Both the position numbers and the translations under genes were made by a program. Below are positions 57,713-64,000 of a stretch of 64,000 nucleotides of DNA, one piece after another (the first letter of the stretch is position 1; each line of letters starts with the position of its first letter). Under the pieces are notes generated by a model. The model was not told where the DNA came from. It searched no databases and saw nothing but the letters and a program-made list of their open reading frames with translations. Origin of the DNA: an uncultured Bacteroidaceae bacterium (GTDB lineage: Bacteria; Bacteroidota; Bacteroidia; Bacteroidales; GCA-2748055); assembly GCA_964479445.1 (NCBI GenBank), contig CAYZMH010000001.1:11805-75804 (forward strand), written 5' to 3'.

Positions 57713-57788
57713 TGGTGATTCAGCTGAGGCTCGAACTCAGGACCCCCTCCTTAAAAGGGAGGTGCTCTACCAACTGAGCTACTGAATC
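57713..57788 (-). tRNA. tRNA-Lys (anticodon UUU), CCA encoded
   Basis: The hand-folded cloverleaf is: acceptor GATTCAG/CTGAATC, D arm GCTC-AGTTGGTA-GAGC, anticodon arm CCTCC-CTTTTAA-GGAGG, variable loop GGGTC, T arm CTGAG-TTCGAGC-CTCAG, discriminator A, then CCA. Total 76 nt. Confidence 0.95.
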
Positions 57789-57816
57789 AACCAGTTTCAT
57801 TTTTGTAAAGCGGTTG

Positions 57817-57824
57817 CAAAGATA
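57817..57824 (-). promoter_or_regulatory. candidate -7 promoter element TATCTTTG for tRNA-Lys
   Basis: It matches TAnnTTTG on the minus strand, about 30 nt upstream of the mature tRNA 5' end. Confidence 0.35.
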
Positions 57825-58048
57825 GGAACTATAAATAACTATGCAAATTCTATCCCTAAATTTTATCTCCGCAGAGAAATCTGACTGGTCAGATTGTATT
57901 GATATTCATATATATAACAAAAACCAAACAGGTAGAGTTCAATACGTGGAGTAAAATAAATCAACGGGAGCTGTAATAAAAAGTATCCCTGTTCGTCTTC
58001 CGCTTAGAAACCTGAATTAAAACATTGTTCAATTAAAAACAAACCATT

Positions 58049-58570
58049 ATGAAACGTATTAGTCTGATTACCGCATTGATGCTTGTACCCCTGTTCCTGC
58101 TCGGACAGAATAGCGCCGTTGATAAAATTTTTCAGAAATACCAGGGACAGGAAGGTGTAACCGTAGTTAACATCAGCGCCGAGCTCTTCCAGGTAGTATC
58201 TGCAATGGATACACAGGAGATGGGTGCCCCCGATTTTCCGATGGATAAGCTTACATGCCTGAAAGTTCTGGCCATCGAAGAACCCGAAGTCCTCAAAGGA
58301 GTCAACTTCTATGATGAGATCATCACCGATCTGGACGTGGACCGGTATGCCGAGGTAATGACCGTGCATGACGGGGAGGAGGACGTACGGATGTGGATGA
58401 AGAATGATGGTCCAAGCATCCTGGAGTTTCTCCTGGTCGTTGGCAGTCCCGATGAAAATGTGCTTGTCTATATCCAGGGTGATTTCACCATGAACGATAT
58501 TGAAGGTCTTGCTCAATCTGTGGGTGGAATGCAGGGTATGGAGGAGCTGAATAACCTGGAAATTGATTAA
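58049..58570 (+). CDS. DUF4252 family exported protein
   Basis: It has a signal peptide and the N-terminal block AVDKIFQKYQGQEGVTVVNIS, as I recall for DUF4252. It precedes an ECF sigma gene. Confidence 0.7.
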   Translation: MKRISLITALMLVPLFLLGQNSAVDKIFQKYQGQEGVTVVNISAELFQVVSAMDTQEMGAPDFPMDKLTCLKVLAIEEPEVLKGVNFYDEIITDLDVDRYAEVMTVHDGEEDVRMWMKNDGPSILEFLLVVGSPDENVLVYIQGDFTMNDIEGLAQSVGGMQGMEELNNLEID

Positions 58571-58596
58571 CTTGTAGCCCGTGAAAAGCAGGGCGT

Positions 58597-59118
58597 ATGA
58601 TGAGATCCTCAGAATTTAAATTGATGGTAATGCCATATGCTTCCCGGTTGTATCGCCTGGCCTTCAGGATGATGGGCAACCGGGAAGAGGCTGAGGATGT
58701 GGTACAGGAGGTCTACCTGAAATTGTGGAAAATGAGAAATGAATTGCCCTCCTACCAGAGCATCGAAGCCCTCGCAGTGAGGATAACCCGCAACCAGTGT
58801 CTTGACCTGCTGCGAAGAAGGAAAACGACCATGGATGTGATCGAATCAGAGAAACGGGAGCAGGAGTCGCATAAGCAGTCAACCCCGCAGGATCATGCGG
58901 AAAAAGAAGAAAAGATGCAGTTGATGCATGAAATGATCAACCGGTTGCCAGAGCCGCAACGCTCACTGATCCATCTGCGTCATATTGAAGGCAAGGAATA
59001 CGAAGAGATTGCTGCTATAGTCAATATGACAGGAAATGCAATCCGGGTAAATATCTCAAGAGCCCGGAAAAAACTCAGGGAAATGCTAAATACACAATAC
59101 TCCCCATGGAAAAACTAG
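58597..59118 (+). CDS. ECF-type RNA polymerase sigma-70 factor
   Basis: Region 2 is REEAEDVVQEVYLKLW. Region 4 is LPEPQRSLIHLRHIEGKEYEEIAAIVNMTGNAIRVNISRARKKL. Confidence 0.9.
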   Translation: MMRSSEFKLMVMPYASRLYRLAFRMMGNREEAEDVVQEVYLKLWKMRNELPSYQSIEALAVRITRNQCLDLLRRRKTTMDVIESEKREQESHKQSTPQDHAEKEEKMQLMHEMINRLPEPQRSLIHLRHIEGKEYEEIAAIVNMTGNAIRVNISRARKKLREMLNTQYSPWKN

Positions 59119-59681
59119 AGCACATAAAACAGTTGCTTCAACGGTTTTACGAGGGTGAATCAACGCTCGCGGAAGAGCAGGAATTGCTGGATTATTTTTC
59201 ACAGGAACCTGTTCCCGACGAGTTTTTGCCCGAAAAGGAGTTGTTCGAAGCACTGCAATTGGCTTCAGGGAAGCCTGTGGATGTACCCGGTAGCCTGAAT
59301 GAAAGGATTCTTTCAGCCATCGATGAGGTCGATGATAAAGAGGCCAGGGTGAGACGCGTCAGCTGGTTGTCGCTTTCCGGACTCGCAGCGGGATTGCTGG
59401 TACTGCTGGGAATCTATTTTATGTTTTTGAGGGAAGAACCATCCAGTAACCTGATCGCGGAAGATACCTATGAAAACCCCATGGTAGCCTACAGGGAAGC
59501 TAAGAAAGCGCTCTCTTTTGTCTCTTACAAGTTCAGCCAGGGCACCGGTGAACTTCAACCCCTGAAAGAGGTCAATGAGACCATGCAGACCATACAACCG
59601 ATCACCAAGATATCCAGTGGAAGTAAACAGCTGCAATTGCTGGGAAAATTCGATGTGAGCGGGGAAACCAGGACACAATAA
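59106..59681 (+). CDS. putative anti-sigma factor / single-pass membrane protein
   Basis: The gene overlaps the sigma gene by 13 nt. The protein has one central TM helix (LSLSGLAAGLLVLLGIYFMFL). Confidence 0.55.
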   Translation: MEKLEHIKQLLQRFYEGESTLAEEQELLDYFSQEPVPDEFLPEKELFEALQLASGKPVDVPGSLNERILSAIDEVDDKEARVRRVSWLSLSGLAAGLLVLLGIYFMFLREEPSSNLIAEDTYENPMVAYREAKKALSFVSYKFSQGTGELQPLKEVNETMQTIQPITKISSGSKQLQLLGKFDVSGETRTQ

Positions 59682-59700
59682 GTACTGAAAACATAAGACC

Positions 59701-60216
59701 ATGAAAAAAATAGTAACCACAATCATTTTGCTCTCAGGGGTGCTGATGCTATTCGCTCAAACCCCGGTCGATCGCGTTTTTGATAAATATGCGGGAAAAG
59801 ACGGCTATACCACCGTCTACATATCGAGCTATATGTTTAAACTGATGTCCAATATTGAAACCAGTGATCCGGACTACGAGGAGTTTAAGAAAGCTTCTTC
59901 AGGTATTGAATCGATCCGGATCCTTGCACAGGAAGGCTCCTCCGGACCCGGTTTTGCGCGCGAGTTGCTCGATATTCTCCCGCGAAGTGAATACCAGGAG
60001 TTGATGGTCGTAAAGGAGGAGAACGAAGAGGTGCTCTTCCTGGCCCGGGAAGAACAGGGGAAGATCTCCGAATTTTTACTGATCGTTGACAGTGGTGGGG
60101 AGGATGCCCTGATCGTTATTACCGGTGATATTGACCTGGAGAGTATTTCAAGCCTGGCCAATAGCATGGATATGCCCGCAATGAAAAACCTGGAGGAGCT
60201 GGAAGAGAATCAGTAG
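59701..60216 (+). CDS. DUF4252 family exported protein (second copy)
   Basis: It has a signal peptide and PVDRVFDKYAGKDGYTTVYIS, parallel to 58049..58570. Confidence 0.7.
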   Translation: MKKIVTTIILLSGVLMLFAQTPVDRVFDKYAGKDGYTTVYISSYMFKLMSNIETSDPDYEEFKKASSGIESIRILAQEGSSGPGFARELLDILPRSEYQELMVVKEENEEVLFLAREEQGKISEFLLIVDSGGEDALIVITGDIDLESISSLANSMDMPAMKNLEELEENQ

Positions 60217-61598
60217 TAAAGGATCTTCTCAACCTGGTGTTTACGGAGCCAGGTGCTCAGTATTTGCCTGACATCCCGGTTGTCCAGTCCGGGTTGCACA
60301 CAATCCAGCATCTGCTCGATACTCACATATCCTTCATCTACAGGCAGATATCCGTATCCCATATAGATGCCTTTCTCAATTCTTACCAGGCTTCGTTCAT
60401 CGGCCGTTCTGCCCTGGTCAATGATCAGCATGTTAGACCGGTCAAGTCTGAACCGCTCCAGCATTGCTTCCACGCGTTTGTTATACCCCCTGACAGCTTC
60501 TTTCTGAATACATGCTCCGTTGCACTGCCGGATCTCGTAATGAAAACAGGCTCCTTCCGTTTTATAGAGTCCGCATAATTTCTGACAAAGCCAGTATTTT
60601 TCTGCCAGGCGGGAGAGCGCTTGCTTCGCTTCAATTTTATTGTTGTAACAGGTGACCGGTTTTTCAGGCGATTCATTGATCTTTTTTAGGTCCAGGGTAA
60701 TGTAACCGTACGGATCTTTTCTGGTATACAACCCCCAGTAGGAGGATTGTCTTCGCTGAGCACGGTTATAGAGGGGACGGTTTTGCTTGATCTCAGCCGA
60801 CTCCTTAAGGAGTGCGATCAGTTCACTTCCAGTAAGGTCAAAGGATATAGAGGCAATGCGCTGCTTCATCTCCATGGCTCGCTTGCCCCGGGTATTGCCA
60901 AGATGTGAAAGAATCCTTTTCCTGATGTTGGTACTTTTGCCTATATAGATCAGGATGTTGTTTTCATCGTAGAAGTAGTAGGTCCCCGTTTTTTCCGGTA
61001 GCTTCTCGATATCAGAAACCGACAGGTTGGCATTTAAATTTTTATACCGGACATTCCGGGGAAGCATGCTCTCCAATTCCTGTCCGTTTTTCCCCATTTT
61101 CTCCCGTAGCAGATCGAAGAGTTTGACCGTGGCCATTGCATCACCTGCTGCCCGGTGTCTCCCGTTTATCGTTATGCCCAGTTCTTCGCACAATCTTCCC
61201 AGGCTATAGGATTTAAATCCCGGTATGATCTTGCGGCTCAGTTTGACCGTGCAGAGAACTTCGCGCTGGTAGTCATAGCCAAGGCGGGTAAACTCACTTT
61301 TTATGAAGTTGTAGTCGAAGATCACATTGTGACCAACAATGACATGGTTTTCAGTCCGCTCCACCAGGTCCCGGGCAATCTCATAAAAGCGGGGAGCATC
61401 TGCTACCATCTCATTGGTGATGCCTGTTAAGCCGGTAATGAAGTAGGGAATGCTCTTTTCCGGATTGATCAGGCTAGACCACTCATCCACGATTCGATCT
61501 CCATCGTGAAAGAAAATGGCAATTTCAGTGATCTTCTCGGTCTTGGGACTCCCTCCCGTGGTTTCAATATCCAGGATTGCGTACATGATGTGCTTCAA
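60210..61598 (-). CDS. DnaQ-like 3'-5' exonuclease fused to GIY-YIG (UvrC N-terminal/Cho-like) nuclease domain
   Basis: Exonuclease motifs I to III are present: AILDIETTG, GHNVIFDYNFI, HRAAGDAMAT. The GIY-YIG block GTYYFYDENNILIYIGKSTNIRKRILSH follows. Confidence 0.8.
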   Translation of the reverse strand: MKHIMYAILDIETTGGSPKTEKITEIAIFFHDGDRIVDEWSSLINPEKSIPYFITGLTGITNEMVADAPRFYEIARDLVERTENHVIVGHNVIFDYNFIKSEFTRLGYDYQREVLCTVKLSRKIIPGFKSYSLGRLCEELGITINGRHRAAGDAMATVKLFDLLREKMGKNGQELESMLPRNVRYKNLNANLSVSDIEKLPEKTGTYYFYDENNILIYIGKSTNIRKRILSHLGNTRGKRAMEMKQRIASISFDLTGSELIALLKESAEIKQNRPLYNRAQRRQSSYWGLYTRKDPYGYITLDLKKINESPEKPVTCYNNKIEAKQALSRLAEKYWLCQKLCGLYKTEGACFHYEIRQCNGACIQKEAVRGYNKRVEAMLERFRLDRSNMLIIDQGRTADERSLVRIEKGIYMGYGYLPVDEGYVSIEQMLDCVQPGLDNRDVRQILSTWLRKHQVEKILYY

Positions 61599-61648
61599 TG
61601 GGTAGCCACCTCATGCAGAAAAGGGAATCATTGAATTGAGACGGACGA

Positions 61649-62350
61649 TTAGTTGTTGTCAGCCTCTTCTTTTCCCGATTCCTTGGTAGTCTCTTCTTTC
61701 TTATCTTCAGTCGGTGTTTTATCCCCGGCCTTGCCCGCGGGTTTCTTCTCATTTTTAGAATCAGGTTTACCTGCCTTCCCGGCTGTTTCAGGCTTCTTCG
61801 CACCCTTCTCTTTAGACTGAGTCACACCAGAGGCTTCTTTTTTTGATCCCCGATCCTTCGCCTTTTCGCCTGGATCTCCTGACTCAGTCGCTTTTTTTAC
61901 AGACCTGGAATCAGCCCCTTTCCGGGTCTCCTCTGACTGCTTATCAGCGGCTTTCTTTGTCTCTTTGGTTGTGGATTCATCTTTATCTTTCCGGGCTGTA
62001 TCCCCTGCAGGCTCTGATGCTTTCCCTGGGGTGGCAGATGCAGCCTTCTGTTTTTTGACCGGAGTGGCTTCTTTAGCCTGCTCAATTGATTTACTACCTG
62101 CTGCTTTCCTGGTTGTCTTTTCAGTTACAGGTGGTGTAGAAGATTCAGGTGCTTTTTCCGGGGCTGCCGCTTTGGCACCCGTTGGCTTTTTAACACCGGA
62201 TGTTGACTCGGCAACTGGTTGCTCTTTCTTCTTCTGACTCGCTCCGGGCTGAGGAATACTCTTTCTACTTACCTTTTTTCGTGGTCTTCGCTTTCCGTAG
62301 GTTTTACTGAATAGTTTCCCACGCCTTGTCTTTTGGTCACCTTTTCCCAT
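61649..62350 (-). CDS. ribosomal protein bTHX-like N-terminus fused to a Lys/Ala/Glu/Thr/Pro-rich disordered tail of about 200 aa
   Basis: The N-terminal MGKGDQKTRRGKLFSKTYGKRRPRKK closely matches the Thermus Thx peptide as I remember it ([25 protein letters not shown]). The remainder is low-complexity and lysine-rich. Confidence 0.7.
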   Translation of the reverse strand: MGKGDQKTRRGKLFSKTYGKRRPRKKVSRKSIPQPGASQKKKEQPVAESTSGVKKPTGAKAAAPEKAPESSTPPVTEKTTRKAAGSKSIEQAKEATPVKKQKAASATPGKASEPAGDTARKDKDESTTKETKKAADKQSEETRKGADSRSVKKATESGDPGEKAKDRGSKKEASGVTQSKEKGAKKPETAGKAGKPDSKNEKKPAGKAGDKTPTEDKKEETTKESGKEEADNN

Positions 62351-62427
62351 TTTAATCTGTTTTTTAGTGCGGTGTTTAAAAGTACTAAATAAATATTCTT
62401 CTTACAAATAGAGCGAACTGGATAAAA

Positions 62428-62928
62428 TCATTCCTCTTCGGGAATGAAGTTCATAGAAACTGAATTCACACAATGCCTGGTATCTTTTGGTGTAAAACCC
62501 TCTCCTTTAAACACATGACCAAGGTGACCTCCACAATTACTGCATATAATCTCGGTACGTATTCCATCTGCATCCTGCTGGCGCGTAACAGCGCCTTCAA
62601 TTTCATCATCAAAGCTGGGCCACCCGCAATGACTGTTGAATTTATCTTCAGACCGGAACAGGGGAGCGTTGCAGCGCTTGCAAACATAAACTCCCTTCTC
62701 TTTGTGATCTACGTATTTTCCGGACCACGGTCTTTCTGTTCCTTTTTGATCAATTACATACTTCTCAAATGTATTCAATGGATTATAATTCATAGGATCT
62801 TCAATTACATTGATTTTCAATTCACTTATGGGATTAACATTCTCATTTCCTGCATTTTCCGGTTCCTGTGCGCATGCAGCCGGGATAAACAACAGGAATA
62901 ACCATATCATACTCACTGCATTTTTCAT
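62428..62928 (-). CDS. msrB: peptide-methionine (R)-S-oxide reductase MsrB with N-terminal signal peptide
   Basis: The signal is [16 protein letters not shown]. Zn-site pairs CKRC and CSNC are present, along with GHLGHVF and the catalytic RHCVNS. Confidence 0.9.
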   Translation of the reverse strand: MKNAVSMIWLFLLFIPAACAQEPENAGNENVNPISELKINVIEDPMNYNPLNTFEKYVIDQKGTERPWSGKYVDHKEKGVYVCKRCNAPLFRSEDKFNSHCGWPSFDDEIEGAVTRQQDADGIRTEIICSNCGGHLGHVFKGEGFTPKDTRHCVNSVSMNFIPEEE

Positions 62929-63038
62929 GGCTGTTTCCTTTCAGGTTAAGGGGTTGTGTGCTGGAGATCGGTTTGAAGTGTAACAACAGCAGGACCTGTT
63001 TGGTTCAGCGTGGGGGAGAACTGTGATTGGTGAGTGGA

Positions 63039-63500
63039 TCAGGTTCCTGCCTTGATATACTCCTTGTATTCCAGGTAGAACTCTTCAAGTTTTTCCATGT
63101 GTCTGTAAAAGAATCGATAAGCCTCACTCCATGTCTCCCGGTTGTAAATATCCAGACCCTCTTCGGATATATAGATGCGGCTTACCGATTTACCGTTTTC
63201 GCGAATGTAATCGAGTTCCCAGGTCATTTCTCTCTCCATCACCTGGTGCAGCAATTTCTTCAGGCTTTCCAGTTTTTCGTAAAGCGCAAACCTCTTGTCC
63301 ATATTTCTTGTTTCAATATCAATGCCGGCGAGGGCTTTTTCCCGGTCTATATGCAGCCGCAGGTTAAGCGCATTGATGCCGGTCCTGTCCAGGATCCACC
63401 AGGAGGGTTTTCCTGCTTTCACTCTTCGTTTCCGGGTGTAAACCCTGAAACCGTCCCAGAACTCCATTCGTAACTGTTTGGCTTCTTCCTTTGAGAACAT
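63039..63500 (-). CDS. DUF4268-like protein
   Basis: The block MFSKEEAKQLRMEFWDGFRVYT is as I recall for DUF4268. I chose the ATG at 63500; the track ORF extends to 63512. Confidence 0.5.
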   Translation of the reverse strand: MFSKEEAKQLRMEFWDGFRVYTRKRRVKAGKPSWWILDRTGINALNLRLHIDREKALAGIDIETRNMDKRFALYEKLESLKKLLHQVMEREMTWELDYIRENGKSVSRIYISEEGLDIYNRETWSEAYRFFYRHMEKLEEFYLEYKEYIKAGT

Positions 63501-63779
63501 ATGTATGGTCACTTTTTTACCGGGTGATCGGCCATCCGCGTATCACATGAGAATAAAGATAACAAATATTCATCATCGTTATATACCGATTAAATTCCAG
63601 ATTCTTTTTCGCATTCTGCACGGACAGTTAAACCGAGTTTGAAAAACCTACTTAATAAATGGGAGGTAGATTCCTGGTCCTGAAAAAAGCCAGGTACAGA
63701 AAATGGCTCTTTCAAACTTAGATCGGGGTAAAAAGCACTATATTGCTAATATGTCTCTGCTTCAGAGACGAAAGAAACA

Positions 63780-63900
63780 ATTATAAATAATTAAATAAAC
63801 TTATATATTAATTAATCATTAAAAATTATTATTATCTAATATATATAAAAATAAAATTATATTTATTTTTATAATATTTAAAGATAATATATCTTATTAA
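63780..63900. other. extremely AT-rich block (about 95 percent AT)
   Basis: By hand count there are 6 G/C in the 120 nt from 63781 to 63900. The block ends about 25 nt before the ATG at 63925. Confidence 0.8.
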
Positions 63901-63924
63901 CCTGACATCAAATCACGTTACAGG

Positions 63925-64000
63925 ATGCGAAATTCATTGTTTTCAAGAAAACGCTTTATCGCTTTACTTTCGATGGGTGTAACAACTCTTGGGATGAGTC
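63925..64000 (+). CDS. 5' end of an exported protein gene (truncated by the window end)
   Basis: The ATG opens MRNSLFSRKRFIALLSMGVTTLGMS.., a basic n-region followed by a hydrophobic stretch. This may be a Tat-like SRKRF motif. Only 25 codons are visible. Confidence 0.35.
   Translation, partial: MRNSLFSRKRFIALLSMGVTTLGMS

Noticed and set aside
57713-57788. tRNA-Lys as an integration site for a mobile element.
   Set aside because: No integrase, no direct repeat of the tRNA 3' end and no compositional shift appear in the flanking genes. Pcm lies on one side and an ECF cluster on the other.
58004-58516. 170-aa minus-strand ORF.
   Set aside because: It is antisense to the first DUF4252 gene, which has a proper signal peptide and sits correctly in the ECF operon.
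61564-62237. Several overlapping ORFs in other frames across the bTHX-tail gene (79, 71, 62 and 90 aa).
   Set aside because: They are a by-product of purine-rich low-complexity coding sequence. Only the 233-aa frame starts with the Thx motif.
1-64000. CRISPR arrays, transposases, prophage genes, restriction-modification genes or known defence systems.
   Set aside because: No regularly spaced direct repeats and no ORFs with motifs of these families were seen on either strand. The window reads as housekeeping and metabolic genes.

Overview
This 64-kb window reads as ordinary core chromosome, not an accessory island, of a Bacteroidota organism. It is probably a facultatively anaerobic Bacteroidia of the Marinilabiliales/Bacteroidales type. 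The taxonomic cues are: TAnnTTTG -7 promoter motifs, tight gene spacing without Shine-Dalgarno boxes, many lipoprotein signals, a DUF4252/ECF-sigma cluster, a CarboxypepD_reg-type TonB receptor, ribosomal protein bTHX, and fermentative genes (buk-ptb, ackA-pta, iorAB, rubredoxin). I call about 62 protein genes and one tRNA-Lys(UUU).

Main contents:
- a complete hisG-D-C-B-H-A-F-IE operon
- a TetR/TolC/HlyD/ABC (YbhGFSR-like) efflux operon
- a PiT phosphate transporter flanked by two paralogous orphan response regulators
- a DUF1338/YdiJ-like/symporter trio
- several peptidases (PepD, M28, M13, S41) and housekeeping genes (pyrD, pcm, msrB, rocD, slyD)

I saw no CRISPR array, transposase, integrase, phage gene, toxin-antitoxin pair or recognisable defence system.

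The items most worth a second look are:
1. a His-codon leader peptide with alternative hairpins and an intrinsic terminator in front of hisG
2. a canonical 53-aa rubredoxin gene missing from the ORF track because it is under 60 aa, at the end of an odd five-gene envelope cluster
3. a bTHX ribosomal protein carrying a lysine-rich disordered tail of about 200 aa
4. an ORF-free stretch of about 0.8 kb with an AT-rich core and a family of ACATGT-type palindromes, plus a second block of about 95 percent AT near the window end

Limits: all protein calls rest on motifs recognised by eye, and no database search was run. Coordinates I derived by hand were anchored to ORF-track positions but may be off by 1-2 nt.
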